From Catajapyx aquilonaris (Eukaryota): DNA of 64,000 nt. This document shows, in pieces, positions 1-15,089 of the stretch. The translations under genes and the position numbers were made by a program. The stretch is from contig KZ538372.1 in assembly GCA_000934665.2 (NCBI GenBank), positions 1 through 64,000 on the forward strand, given 5' to 3'. The notes beneath the pieces were generated by a model. It was given only the letters and a program-made list of their open reading frames with translations, was not told the DNA's origin and searched no databases. Each line of letters opens with the position of its first letter. Positions within the stretch are counted from its first letter, which is position 1.

Positions 1-3000
1 CTCCTCTCTACTTTGGCTTCCCCCCCTCTTTTCCCCCATAATCTGCACAATGTTTTGCAAACTGACACTCTGATGGTCATGTCCGAATATTTGCGTCCCC
101 GCCAAAATCCGCCCCCACGTGGTGCAGATCACGGCTGGCACTGCATAAATCACCTGAACGATTAGTTCCGCAGTGGGGTGGGTTTTTAGATGGGATGGGA
201 AATAATCTGGCGACATCCTTCACTATCAAACGCACGAGAGCGCAACTAACTCCCCCTCCTTCCTTGCCCCCCACCCTCCATACACCCACCCCCTTCCTCA
301 AAAACCTTAGAACTATTGTTAGACGCAGCCCCGCAATCCCAAAATAAGACGTTCCTATTGCACGACCATCTCGATCACACCCGCATTACACGCTGAGGCA
401 GCGTACAGATACACGGGGATTATACTCTTAAAAAATCAGAAGAGGAAAATAATAATAATAATAAGAGGAACTCTACACACGCACGTTAAAATCGTATTGA
501 TCAGCACCGATTCTGACTGGTCAAAGGGAAAATGCTAGTGTGAGTGTGGATATACACAAAACCTGGAGTGTCAGTGTTGCTGGGGATATAGAAACCGCGT
601 GTTGTGCGTGGTTTGCTCGGCCAACCTTCGTGTGTGTTACATGAGTGATCCGTAGTGCTTTGTTTACGCTTTTTTGGAAACACGGGAGAACCTCGCCTGG
701 GCAAGGTAGGTCCCCCATATCATTAGTTAAGTGTGAATATGATGGCCTATGTATATAGTCCAAAAGATCAACTCTCGGCACAGTGTATCGTGCGGGCAAT
801 TTTGCTAATTAATAATAACGAACTAGATTCGTGAAAACCTGCGCCATTGATTGATTGAATCATTTACGCTCTACCAGATTAACGTCACTGCTGATCCGGC
901 TTGTGACAAAGCGGCACTTGCATGACGATTAAAATTTACAGTGTCGTGCATACACACCGGCCAGTTTTAGCAACGTTGATTTCATTAAGTGTGTTACCGC
1001 ACACTTATGATAACCGGCAATTTCCATCATACAATTCTTGTCCCGTGCGTATATGAGTGACGCCCATTGCCATCGCCACCCCAACCCCCACCTGTTGTTC
1101 CAAAACACCCCCTGTTCACAACCCAACTTCCGATATGATTGGCCGTTATGTACCCATTGGAGCATGGTCCGCCCGAAAGGCACGCATGTTTTGTTACAAC
1201 CCGGATGAGCAATGTTCGCATGCTGATGGTGATGAGCCCATTCTGTTGAGCACATGCTTAATTGGCGTTGATGCCTTCCGCGAACAATTAAAACATCGGC
1301 CATTTGGTGCCAACCGACCGTGCCATACCACCCACATCGGCACCGACAAAGAGAGACGCCAGAAAATATTCTGGCGACACTGCCACCCACGTGCCTCGGA
1401 TTCTGACCATTTCTATAATATGATGTCGTCGTCCACAAATATAAGCAGCAGGCGAGGCGGACCCCCCTCGTGGCCGCAAATTGTCTCCAAAAATGCCCAG
1501 ATTTTTTGGGTAGTCCTGGCGGGCCGAGTACAGTGCCTCCCGAAATAAACACAATCGAGAGGGGCTAGCGCCGTGGGGTCCTGCCAAGAGCCATCCGAGG
1601 AGGTGGGTGGGTGTGTGTGTGAGTGAGAGAGAGGGACAGGGTGCCATTGCAAGCAACAGCCACTCGTGTTAATGGCTGCGACAACACCTATTCTCAGCTG
1701 TTAGGCCATCTGCACCAAAAGCGTCGCGCGACACTCTTCCTCCCAGTCTCCTCCCTCGAACACAACAGTGGTTGTTCGGTGATCAGGCAGCAGCGGCAAT
1801 TAGCATGGGGTGGGGTCTAAATGAGAAAAGTTTCTTAGCCTCCTAGTTAGGTAGCTGTTGGAGACCACTTCTGGCTGCTGGGAAACTTTGTCCTCGGCGA
1901 ACTGTACTTGCCAATGCGTGGTTAATGAGATTGGGAAATTGCCAGAAAATTTTCCCGGCTTGTCGCCAGGCGTCGTTATGGGTGGAAATCCGAAATCAGT
2001 ACTAATTCGCTCCCAGGGATTTACTTTTAGAAATAGGGCCCGGCTAATTAATAGTGCACCGAGTTCAACTTCCCCGCTTGTCTTCTGAAGCACGAATTAA
2101 CCCAGGGAAGACGAAGAAGAGGAAGTGAAAAAAAAAGAAAAGAAAAATCCTGCCCTCCGCCCTTCTTTTGGGGAGGTTCCTCAAGAATTGCCCCCTCCAG
2201 AAGTTTGAACCTCCTTCTCCAGAATTCCAATGTCACTGTAGGGAACTTAACTATGCAGATTAACTAGTACAGTACGAGAGGTTGAAAGTCAAGGAAAATG
2301 GCGTAACGAAGGTTAAACCCTATAGCCCATTTGCAGGGTTATTATTCCGCACGGTTAAATTAGCCTTCATCTAGTTGGATTTTTTTTTAAAAAAAAAAGC
2401 TTAACTCGAATCGAGCTTCATCATCCAACGTTTGGTCTTGTACCGATGCCAGCAAGCTCAGGTCAAAAGCAAATAAACGGAATGGTCCAAATACAACAAC
2501 GGATGAAGTAGCAGGAACTCAAGTGCACTTGTTAACGAAATCGGCAACACTTATTGTTAGATCGGCCCCAAGTGCGTTATCAGTCGCTAAATTATTATTG
2601 GACTAAAAAAATACATAGTCGCTATGAGGGCATTAATAAAAACATAATTACCCTCTAGCGTACTTCATAAAGTATACTTTTTCACTCATGTTAGTACAAG
2701 CATCAAATGCCAAATACACACGTCCTATCATATGTAAAACATTACAGATCAAGCCAGCTCATTCGTAACAGTGATGCAGTCAAGCTGTCGAAGCTGTCCC
2801 AATTATTCCCGCATATATGGCGCTATATAGTTTGACAGCGAAATTAAATCAGTGTGTACCTACTGACCCGTTCCTGATCGAGTTTCACGCACACAAATTG
2901 ATCATAAAGTTTCATTTTCGACCAATAGCGTCGTGCAGTCTAGGTTCGCCAATTTTATTTTTCAAAGTGTCCCCATTAATTATGCGCACATTCGCGTGAT

Positions 3001-6000
3001 TCCCAACGGGCGCTTTGTTACCATAGAATAGCCCCATAACCTCCAGCATTCATGGATATTTAATACGTGTGCAGTGTTTTGTCAGTTCGGCAGCTCTTTT
3101 ATATCTCCATCGGGTTGGCATCGGGGTGCAGTAAATCCTCCCAGCCTGAGATGCCCCCCCTCCGACCACCAAGTTACTGGCACCGTCTTGGCTTGTGTTT
3201 ACGACCCACGTCGGCGGAGAAGAGAACACGCTCGAACGACGGCAAGGGCTCCCATATCTGTTGGGGGGATCCAGCTGTCACCCCCGATTCTGTGTTCCTG
3301 CCATGTCTTGGAAAAAGACTTCGGACGGTTCCTTATACCAACAGCTGCGTGCGACCACGGATCTCTTGCAACCAAATCGCAGCTGCTGCCTGGAGGATGT
3401 TCCAACTGAGTTTGCCTTTTTGCCATTTAGCAGCTATTTCTTTGCCAGTTGCTTTCTAACAGGTGGAGTTACATTCCTTGTAATATCAGGTTGAATGGGA
3501 CCCACTGAGGGGGGTGTCTGCACTGTAAAGAATGCCTCGCCTGTTAGTTACCATATGCCAAGTTCCAAGTGGGTCTTTCAATCTTCAGTCAACCTAATGT
3601 GTTGTATGTTCGCTGTCACTATAGAAGAAGCTTTCAAGTGGTGCTTATTCGGAAGCAGCAAACTGTCAAAATTATGGTAACCAATATGTTAACTATTTGA
3701 AACACTCCAGCGTTACGACTTTGGTTGTGTTCTTCCATTATGTTGCATTTTCTCATTTCGTACAAGCCATTATAAAAGCAATTCTTACTGTGCCTCGTGC
3801 TTTAACAGGAACGATGGAAAGAAAACATCCGTGAAATTAGCTTCGTAAGCATCTGCAGTGACGCAAAATTGAAAATCCTAGTACACATCAGACTAGCTTC
3901 GCAACGCATAGCATACATTGCTAGAGTGATCTGACTGATCTCATATCCGAACCGGTGTAAATCTTTCGAGCCTTTCTTGCCCCCAACGAATGTTCCGCTT
4001 ATTTAGTTGCTGCTTAGCAGGCAAAAAAGAAAATAGGTCACTCTTCGTATAGATCCGCGGATGGAACTCGTGTCCTCAAAAGTGGTATGGCTAAATCAAC
4101 GCGACCAAAGTACAGCAACTTCCATTCAGGACAGTCCCAAACATCGTCATTTATATCATGATCCACTTCCAAAATGTATCAATTTGACCCCATTTCGACC
4201 AACGTTTGAAGATCCGAATCAGAAGCCCAGGATTCATTTGGAATGACCAGCTCTCCCTTGGCTCTGTTTACAGGATCCCTGTCGATGCGAAAGTGTCGCG
4301 CCAATTTGTGCACTTGGACGGATTGCGAATCCGGGCAGAGGCCAGAGGGAAGGTTGGTTCGATCTTGGCGCCCTCGGACTACTACTCTCCTCTTCCTCCT
4401 TTTTTTGCTGTTTCCGTTGTCGGGGTACGAAGAGAGGCGGTGTGAGGGGGAATGGGAGGGGGTCCCTGAAAATGCCCGCTTGGCTTGAGGCCCAGACGGG
4501 AATACGATAGTCAGCAGCTCGATTAAGCCCTCCATCCTAAAGGCAGGGCCAGACCCGAGGCGGCCTTCAACCTGCTTCTGCGGCCTTGCCACCGCATCAA
4601 GTCCGACTTTATACGGACCCCAAGTTCACTCGCAAATACTGGTCAAACCCCTGAACCCCCTCGTGCTAATTGACCTTAATGAAAGGCAAAGTTGACTCGC
4701 AAACACGTCTATTGTATTTGTTTGAATTGCTTCATTTCGCCAGCTGATCCCTACTTCATTCTGAGTCCTACCGAGCCATATAATCAGCACGTCGTGATTA
4801 TCAAGCCAGAGAGGGGGCTACGCCAATCCTTACACTGCTGCCCCGCCAAGCCATATAACCTACACAGCATTTAGCAGCAAATTGCCAACCCACGTTGAGC
4901 ACTCGGCAGTTAGTCTAACTGGGAAATTATATTCCGGCGACAAAGCTAGGTTTTGTTGCCAGCCGGTGCACACTAGTGCAAGTGACTGGCAGCCTACATG
5001 CAGAGCTTGATGTTGCATTCCGTTAGCCTAAAATGACAAGAACAATTTGCGCCACTTCATGTCTAGTAAAACAACAAGACACCGGTATTTCTCATTAGGC
5101 GTGCCTTCCCACGATCTCTGCTATCATTCTCCAGAATAACAGGGCGGTGCAACTCCCCCACAGATCAAGGGAATCACTACAGATTGCTTATCTCAGCCCA
5201 TCTAACAAATAGGGGCGAGTTTATGGTCAGACAAGCATTTACACTAAAAAATAGATCAGCCGCGGACGCTTGGTTCCCATTCTCCAGAGTAAATTAAAAG
5301 CGCGGGTAGTTCGGCGGAGAAAAAGCGGGAAACCCCGTTTGTTAGCCAGCTGGCCATCTTCACAGTAAAGGGTGGGAAGGTTTGGTTGGTTTACACATGT
5401 AAAGAGAACGAAAACAGACAAGAAAACAGGCACACGGATGTGCAGAGTGCTCCATCCAGACAAGGATCTCTGCTCCCTTCTAAAACCAGCGGATCTGGCG
5501 ATTCTTCCTAGGTGGCACGTAAATATTGCTCGCACCTGCCGCCTGTCGCCTTCTTCCAACCCACCCCCCTCTGGCACTCCTGCATGCTACGTCTTCCGAC
5601 GAATAATACCCGACCTGCATTATGCCGTTCCTCCCGGGGTTGCAGACCCCCCACTTTACAAGCAATCTCGCGCAAGGAGGCGCGGGAAAACGTGAGTTTC
5701 ATACTTTTCCTCCCACACCTCCGCCAGTCAATAATCCTGCAACTTGGAACCTGGCCAGGACCCCCACCCGCAATTTCCTAACGAAATATCCAGCGTTTCC
5801 TCCACCACCACCCCTAACTCCAATCCCACTCGATATTGTCACCCCAGACGTGCATTTTTTTTAATATAAAAAAAACTCCTGGGCCTTCCAACTTTTACTG
5901 GTGCGCAAGATGGCGTCTCAGTACAATGCATAGTGCAGGTGGGGTGTATACAGTGTTCCGTCATGGGTACTTTTCTCTGGCGGGTTGTGGTGATGACAGC

Positions 6001-9000
6001 AATGGAAAAATGGTAGCGGCTCAATCGAGGATAGCCGCATGGGATGACTGTAAAAGGCGTATAATTTAAAAGCACAATCCAATCATGTACCTTAAAAATA
6101 AATTAATAACATAACAGGTTGGCATAATTATATCCTGCAATGTCTATATAGTACCAATAACGCTGTTCATCGTCAAAAACGGACAGTAAACTAGGTGACT
6201 ACAGCACGTTCACTGCAGGTAGTAATATCCATTATAATTTAATTGGCTTTCCTCAAGCTGCCAGAAGTGTCATGATAAGAAATCCTCTCTTCTCCCACCA
6301 ACCAATCAAATTAGCGTAAGGCCAATTGTGAGATAATACTCATTTCTCCTGTATTAAATACGTGGTAAAACTACAGCATTTTCGAAATTATAGCCTCCTA
6401 CTTGTGAAACAAAAATTGGCAACAACGCTGTCTTCTGGAAATTCTTCTTTTTAAAAAAAAATCCTTTCCCATTTTCACGGTATTGAGCGAAACTACGCTT
6501 CAATTTCATTCCGCCAACATGCAGCTAATCTTACTCCCGATACGAAGAGAATGATATCAGAGAGCACCCAACGCGAGTTCCAACATTCCCAACAACCGAT
6601 ATGCCGTGTCCAAAAGATCCAGATATTGCCTGATTTTCAACGAAATGTTAAAAGATGCTCTCCTCTGATGTTATTTTCAAAGAAACTAATAAATCAAAAT
6701 TAAGCTGTGCATACACGTTATGGCGGTTTCTGGTCATAATGTCGCACGCTATTATAATCGTCAATCCATATAAAGCTCGCGCCAATAGTTTCCTGCAACA
6801 TTCCGCAAATCTGATGTACCTGCACATACGCAAATTACTCAACTCCCAAGTCCCGCTTAACTAGCCGCAAAAATTAGTTTTTAGCAGAAACCGCCAAATC
6901 TGGCAATTAGCAGAAGCTCCCCTGTCACACCCGCTCTTGCCAATACATATCGTGGCCGTTAAAAAAAAAAACCGCCGCACATGACGACAAATCAGCAGCT
7001 TGGCAGCATATTGAACATGTCGCCTTTGGCCATGGGGTCACCTGCCCGTCAACTACACGCTATACACATTGTCAAGTAAGCCTGGGGGATCCTCCAGAAG
7101 GGAAAATCGGTGCTTTGGAATTTCGAGCACGTTCATAAAATTCGCTGAAACAATTAGCTAATAAAAGGTAGTGGGGTAGGCTGCTTATCTTCTCGCCCAC
7201 GTACCATCTCTTTTATAGACTGGCGACGCGGACCCGTTCCAATTATAGGCCAGCAGAGAGGATCTCCACGCTCCAGAGGAACAATGGCCCACAAATTTTC
7301 AAATTGACCCGGTTCCTGGGCGAAACTGCGGGTCACTTTCCCGCCTCGTGTTTGCCAGCCCGATCTCGCCAGGAATTTTGAACCCTGCGGATGCTTGCCA
7401 GCAACGGCCGCCAGGCATGTACACACACACACAAGCCAGGAGAAGTGGGGATTAAATTAAAGACCAGCTGAATCGACTTTGCCGCCGTTTTCTCAGTTTA
7501 TCAACTGTCTCGACCCACACTTCCCGCCTCCACTTGCCCCGACCCCTATAGTTAACCTGCCAAACTGCTGGACATTTCCGCCGCACCATCCTTATCTCAA
7601 AGTATACTGCGGATACTGGGACTGGATACTAGGTCCCCCCAGAGAGTTCTGTCATTAGCATTAGGTTATGGCTCGAAATGTATCATCTTTGCTATTTTTA
7701 AAAACGCACACGCCAAGCATGCGACCTATAAGATTGCCCTCACAGGCTGCCAGCATATGACATACTCGACAACCTTGCATTCTGGCATAGTTCACCAGAG
7801 CGGCAGTGGCGGGGTCATAAATAATGCCAAAAGTCGGCATCATTAAGTCAAAGCAGCAGCTTTATGAATCCGGAATCACCAGCGGCGCATTGACCACTGA
7901 CAGCATTTGCAATCTATCTGGTTGTTCGTGCTTACAAAGGATCAACAACTGCAATACGCCAAATTACTGGCTAATCGTTACATGCACTTTATCCGAGAGC
8001 CTTCCGAACCGGTATGTATGGCGTACACCTGTGTACATGTCTGGTGCGCGACTAGAGCATTCTGCTCAGCACCTTGAAGCTGATCCAAGTTTCTTCTCTT
8101 AACGCCTCCGCCAGATTCGATTACCGGATGAGCTTTCCACAAACTATTGCTAAGTGTCTACCTGCTTCCTGACCGTGACCAGTTCCTCAACTTTGTGACG
8201 CCGCATTCCATGTATTCTGTGCGATCCCACCACTTCCGGGTTAACAATACATTCCAACTCCTTTGCACGAAATCGAGGATGATAGCATTCCTGACAATGA
8301 CTAATGCGGCTTTTAAAACCCTGGCACCTGCCGTAATCTGTCGGTATGATGAAAGTCTGGGAAAAACCGCAGCTAAAATAGTGACAAACGATAACGGATT
8401 TACACAATTGCCCACAGCTGTCACGTAGCACGTGGAAAACACGTCATACGTTTCCTTTTGCCAGCAAAGTAAAAATAAACATTAAATGCCGATGTGAAAC
8501 CTCGGATGCCCATCACGATCTTGACTGATGTCATATGTATCATCAAGTAGTGCACGCTGTTGTCCTTGTAGAGATCGTTCGAGTTATTTAAAAATAATAA
8601 TTCGTCCATAACAGTTTATAGCTGCTTAACACCTACATAATATTGTGATTTATGATGGCATGTCCGATAACCGATACAAACCAATATTGACCTACGGATT
8701 TTATATTCCACGAAGAATGGATGACTGTACATGTCCTTATCGAACAATTGTTTAGCCCTCCAATTCTCCTACAACCGTGCACCTGTTGTAAAATAAAATT
8801 CCAAAATACCCATTCTACACGATAACAACCAACACGATTCTGAAACGGGCACTTTAACTTATAACCCACATGCTAACAATTCACCTCTATATACGCACGT
8901 GCTATCTCCCTACCCCAAATTTCCTTCCCCTCTGGTATCAGCCCTCCGGCTTTTTTCCCCCCCTCCTCCTCCACAGTCCCCCTGGATTGAACCCCCGGTA

Positions 9001-11347
9001 ATCACGGAAACGCAGCCGGGGGGGTCCTATTCCCAAGTCAACCCGAACCTAAGCCAAGGAAAGAATCTAATTTGCGCACGCACGTCACTCGGACTGATCT
9101 GGAAGCGCGCCCGTAGGAATGTTTTTCGGGCAGTGGCCTTTCCCAGTGTTCTTTAGAAGCCCTACACTTCCTCTCTCCACCCACCCACCACCGACCCATC
9201 TTCCTATTTTAGCCGACACACCACTTCCAAGATAGAGAGGCACCCAACTCAGACTCCCGTGTCTAGGTTATACCCCTGTCCTGCTTTTGTATTCGGGCAG
9301 TGCAGTGGTTGGAAGAGGCCAGCCTAGTTTGGCACTAACCTCATCTTTAACATTCCCTCCCCTTAGAGCAAGCCATACTACCGGGTGGAATCTAATGGGC
9401 CCCAGGGCACCAGGAGATTTCAAACCCCATCCCCCCGCTTATCTCCACACCGACAAGGTGATTTTCATTCCCACAGGCTGGGTAGTCACCTCAAGCCGCC
9501 GCCTGTTTGATATCCTGATTATCCCTCCCCCCAACAGCACCCTCTTCCGCAGCCACAATTTACGGGGGGAATTTGTGCAACTTTATTCGCCGGATATCCA
9601 CCCCCGTAGATTTGCCTGGGGAGAAACTGGAGCTAACAAACTCTTTTGTACTTGCTCCCAAACCCTTCATGCCATCACGGTGCTTCCTTGATTTGACTTG
9701 GGAGGCGTTGGTAAAAGCTGCTCTTGACATGCAGTGCTTCTTTCGCGGCAGACGTCAAGGATTCCTCCTAACAACTGCTCAGACGTCTAAATATTTCGCC
9801 AGGCCTGCAAAGTACACTTCAAATCGGATCGATCCCATACGCAGACATTACGTCAACAGGACTCTTTATATTTAATTTTATTTACCTCCTTAAAAATAAG
9901 TGAAATGGCCCTCCAGATGGCCATTCTCTTTACTCTTCAAACAACATGACCTTGAACTAAGTTGCCCCTGTAAATCAGCCCCCCTGGCGAACAAGAAAGG
10001 CTGATAGGTTGCAGGCAGTCCAGGATAAGCAGACTTCCCTAATTTCCCGGATAGAGTATTCATTTCGTTCCCTTCCACTTGAGGCCTGCATGCACTTTAT
10101 AATAAGCCTTATTAGAATAGATAATGAAGTGCAGGAGATAAGAAAGGCAAACAGCTTTCTTGTGTATTTATAAAGCCCGACAGTCTCAAAAGTTTGGAGT
10201 TTTTAATAACCCGTAGAACGGATAGTCCAATCTTGTTCAGTGGTCGCACATTTGGTATTTGATAGAAAAATATGACAGTTTCGTGGCATGGAAATTTCTT
10301 ATATGGGATTCAATCCGACTTAGGCACTTGCCTTGTTTGACGTGAGACCCTCTAGAGAACGGAGACGGCAATCTGTATTTCGCGACAGAAATAACTTGGC
10401 GGCAAATCCATTGCAAAAATGTGCAGTAACCCACACTTACCGCACAGGTCCAAAAGTAACCCATTACAGTTTCCTGCACCTTTTCTCCCCTCCAAGCGTC
10501 GATAACCCTGACAACATTGGCAGCAGTTTACATTTGTGTATACACGGTCGGATATCTGCGCTAGACTTGATCCCCCGCCAAAAGACACGTACTCAAAGAA
10601 CGTCTCTTGGCTTTTCAATGACGTCAAAGTAACAGACGAACCCAATTGGTGGGAATACTTCCACGGCTCCTGCTTCGACTGCAATTTAATTTTTAACCCG
10701 CCACCTCTCGACTCTGCAGATTAAATTTTCACACACACAATCTCTCTCTCTCTCCATACATCCTACCTTTTTAAAACAAAATTTACGTAATTATTACCTC
10801 GCCTTAGTTTTTGAAAGCACCCCCTGCCGTCCTGTGCACAAAAGCAGCGGATCCCCACCGCTTATCGCCGGTTAACTACCAGCAGACAATTTATCCTTCC
10901 TCCCCGCCCCGCCATTTTCATTCCTCTCTCTGTCTGACTGCCTACAACCACCTAGTTAAAACCCACCTAGTGTGACACCGCAACGGCTGCTCTTAACGGC
11001 CATTAGCCGCCTTTTGCAAACCCTCCCGGAAACGTGCACTTGTCCCGTGCGGGTAACGTACACCCGGAGTGCGCTATTGGCAACGATGCCAGTTTGAGCG
11101 CGCCAACCTGGAAAATGAAGTCGGACCCTGAGGACAAAGCCTCTCCGTCACTGTACGTATACCAGGGAACAAAAGACGACGGCTATGAAGTGGAGGTTCT
11201 CCGGGATCGAACCCAGCAGCAGGGAGCCAATATCGCTTGAGACGTGCAATCCCTCATGAAACAAAGTAACCGGCGGGAACCCTCTCTCAGGAACAGTACA
11301 ATCGCCCCCAATTTTGGCCGGGTAATTGCGTCACAAGCGCCCCCCCC

Positions 11348-11363
11348 NNNNNNNNNNNNNNNN
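11348..11363. other. Assembly gap (16 N) inside a poly-C run
   Basis: The Ns are flanked by C homopolymers on both sides. Confidence 0.97.
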
Positions 11364-14300
11364 CCCCCCCCATCTTTGTGGGACATCGCTCCCTTCAAGA
11401 CGGCCGGAAGCCACTGCTCCCGCTTTGTTATTTTTGAATGGAATCTCCCAGTCTGATAACCGAAAGTGCGACAAAGGTACACCCTCTCCTACTCGTAAAA
11501 ATTCCCGACCCTACCCAGAACTTTGTCGAGGGAATGAAATGAAGAGACTCTCTGGATCCCTTCCCGCCCACGCACGTTTCCAAGGAGACGGACTTTGCTC
11601 CATCAGGTCGGAAATACCTGGAGTGGAAACCGAAGAGAGAGAGGGAGACCTTACCTATATATCCTCTTGCTGCGTTTGTGACCCGCCGCTACTTCACCGA
11701 ATTCGCAATAAAAGGGGGGGTCCGCTGAAAATGGCCTGCACCGTGTGTACCTCCTACACCCAAAGCATCGGCAAGCGAATCCAAGGAAAGGGGAGTTCTT
11801 TAGCTAGATTTATAGGTTCCGGGGAAACAAGGGGATATTGGACGAATCAATAAGGGCTCGATCGTGAGGGGGTAGGGAACGCCAATAGCGAAAGTGCTAC
11901 CTCGATCGCCTTTCTGTGATTGTCAAAGGCCTACAATTCATGTGGGCTTGACACGAATCCTGGAAATGGCCCGCGGTGTAACCTCTAGCAATTTGGGCAA
12001 TCTTATGCCTCTAAGGGGGAACCTCAATTTATTTTCAATTACACAACACGCTTGAGGTTGCCGGAGGAGGGTGAGCTTCTGAGTGGTCACGCCAGAACCG
12101 CTAAATTTGGCGTTTTTTTATAAAAGCCTTCCCGGATTTCCCAACGCGAGACAGAACTTCCGTGACTTGCACCGTAGTTTGAACAAATAAACGGAGTGCT
12201 TATTCTTATCTCATTTTTGGTCAAACTGACCTGTTCCTCTCCTCCGCTTATTTTCAGTCCATTACTACAGCAGGCGCTTCAAAAATAAATACCCGAATAT
12301 TATGTCACTAAATATCCAAGCCACAGTTTCAGTTCGCAACACAATATATTCGAATCCAGCCCATGCTAACGAGGCATAAATTCAATCGATTATTACAGTC
12401 GTGGTTCACATGACGTTGACTACATGTGGAGTGATCACTCTTTCATATTGACGTTATCAATAAGCTCCAGGCCGCCTCGAGAAGCGCGGGTGCTGTGCAG
12501 CCATATACCGAAGCGACTCCCCCGAAGAAGTGGCCCTAGGCGTATTCCAAATTACTAGAAGGTGGTGTGTCTAATATATGCCGCTCAGGTCTGGTGATCT
12601 ACCCGAGATGTATTGCTGCCGCGCATCTAATTGAGAAATAATTTTCATCTTGCACCAGCTCTGCATAATTCATATACGGTGCCATATAACAGCACGGCTG
12701 TTTCCATCTAAAGGTAATTTCGAATTTCCGTCCTCCGCCGGTCGATCTGCAAGTCAATCTTTTGTGGAAGCGGGGGTCAAATGTTACTCAGTGTGTTTAG
12801 GGTCAAACTTGCCGCGCCTTATGCGCAGGGCGGTCCTTTAACTTGTTCCTACCAGAGCTAACCAACATCCACTAATCCTACTAGCAGTCTATTTCTGCAA
12901 GGATTTAGCTCCCTCAGCAGGGCATCCTGCTGTCAAGTGGCAGCAGGGCCGTCGACCGCACCGTGTTAACACTGTCCCAAATCTCCGCCGCAAGGGGAGG
13001 GGACAAATAGAGCGACGGACCGCAATGCCACGACAAGCTCATTACTCTCCAGCCGGGGTTTACAGATTCGCAAATCGTCACCCGGGGTTTATTTTTACCG
13101 ATGACGTGTCATCAAGTGGTTGCAGGCACATGTTTCACAGAGAGGGGTGTGTGTGTGTATGCTTTTTCCGGCAGGTTCGATACTGACAACCGTGCCATGA
13201 TTGGTAAATGCATAAGCCTTTCGGAGCAAATCGATAGGCAATGGGAGTTGTCGTGCTTCACATTCCCCATTGCACAAGGCGATGGTTCAGTCCTGGGTGA
13301 CAGGGATCCATAACTTCTTCTTTCCACCTGTCTCTCGGATTACATCCATCTTGGTTTAAAAAATCGACCTTCACTAACCCACAACCGGTTTCCTTTTCTA
13401 GTGTGCTTCAACCGACACCTTCCCTTTTTTTTTTCTTTTTCTTAAGGAGGCTTTACATTTATCATGGCATCAATTTTCGGATTCCAATTCGGGTCCTGCA
13501 GGAATATTCTTCGCATTTGCGGTCGTTTTTCAAGAGTGACAGCCCTCAGCTTGAAGCGTCCTTGTGGTTGATAAATTCATTTCGCCCACCCAGAAGCATA
13601 TGGAAGGAAAATAAGCACACAACCTGCTACCAACCCCAATGGCCAAAAACAGTTTTTCTTGGCGGTCTTCCTCCGCTCGCGATCTAATCAATGACAGCCG
13701 AAAAGGAGTAGGAAATAACTAATAATACTCTCATTATTGTCGCTTTCCACCTGTTCCTATATTATAGTCGTCAGGGCCTCTAGCTTGGAGCCGCTTCCAA
13801 GTATCCTTCCGAAGGATGAGTGCAGTCATCGTCACCTCGACCGTTTCAAACGCAACCTCCTTCCCTCCCCCCTTCTACACGTAGATTGTTCCGCGTAACC
13901 AGAATAGTATCCCAATGGAGACCTCCCAATTAAAAGAGGGTTTTGCGTCCGAGCTCAAGATTTTCAAGGTGCGGTTATTTTTACCGCGGCAGCCCAGGCC
14001 TATGTGAATGAAACTGCCCATTTGCACAGGAGTAGGCCCCCCCAAAAACCCGGTCGCAATCCAGGCGTGTGAGTGATTCAAACGCGGTCCGCTGCACTCG
14101 GGTTTTTAACGGGGTATTTGCACCCAACCCGGTTTTAAAACATCATTACTCCGGTCTATCCCTAATGCATCCACCGTGCGCGGCGCTACAACCCTTGTCA
14201 ATAAATCCTCCATAGGCCTGAGCCTCCCCTCCCCATCCCTCCCTCCTTGTGTAATCGAAATTGCATCAGACACCCGTGAACCACATAACTCGCAAACCAT

Positions 14301-14990
14301 GTCAAGTTCCCCCGGATTAGCGCACCCATGGACGTCGTCCAGGTCGTCGCCTTTTCACGCACCCTACGCACCCGGGGATCGATCCTGCAAATCTGCTCCC
14401 CGGATCCCCCCTTTCCCCCCCCATCATCCCGGACGCCGCTGCACCCCGGAAAACCAGCGGGAAACGCGCCTCCCACTTCATCATAACAAAAGCCTGCGCA
14501 ACGCACCTGGAAGAATAAAAAAAAAACACACATCGATACACGACATCAACCGGACTCTCTCCCCAAAAAATTCCTCTCAATCACCTCCCAAAAAAAAAAT
14601 CCATAGGGTTTCTCACGTGGACGCCACCGCCAGCGCCATCCACGCCACCGTCATCGCCGACACCCCCCACCCTACCCTGTACCCTGCCCCGCCCACCCAC
14701 CCACCCACCCCTACCTCGATACACATGCGTCTCTTCTCCCTCTTCCACTCTCCTCCTCCTGTACCTGTGGCCTCAAAATGAGCCGCTCCTGCAGCCGGGC
14801 AAGCCTAGAGAAGGCCAGCCCGGAGTAGGCCGTGGATACCGGGAGGCTGCGCCGGTGCCTACAGTGTTAGTGCTCCGACCAGTGTTGTACCCTGACCTTT
14901 CTTCGGCAGTGTGCTCAGTGTTTTAAATTCACCCCTCTTTTTTTTTAGAGAGGAAAAAAAAATCTCTGACTAACCCCCCCTCTCTGACAG

Positions 14991-15089
14991 CTCACCCTTG
15001 CCCCCAGAACCTGTGTGTGTTTATTGAGTGAGGGGAGCTTGATTACCCCATACAGCTTTGCGGGATTGATGGCTGCTCTTCTAGTCCGG
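14991..15089 (+). other. Candidate 99-nt exon antisense to DCP1, nested in DCP1 intron 2
   Basis: Branch-like CTGACTAAC (14966-14974), pyrimidine tract and ACAG acceptor (14990), and donor CGG|GTGAGT (15090). Only phase 0 is open (LTLAPRTCVCLLSEGSLITPYSFAGLMAALLVR). No homology recognised. Confidence 0.42.

Noticed and set aside
929..1656. Overlapping 122-207-aa ORFs on both strands
   Set aside because: No recognisable domain, mostly non-ATG starts, and no convincing splice context. They lie within a DCP1 intron.
4179..4592. 137-aa minus-strand ORF with KKRRKRR, as a possible DCP1 exon
   Set aside because: No similarity to the expected DCP1 exon 3 and no suitable acceptor. The basic stretch comes from a CT-rich low-complexity tract.
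14176..14781. 201-aa Pro/His-rich ORF
   Set aside because: A by-product of C-rich promoter-like DNA with homopolymer runs.
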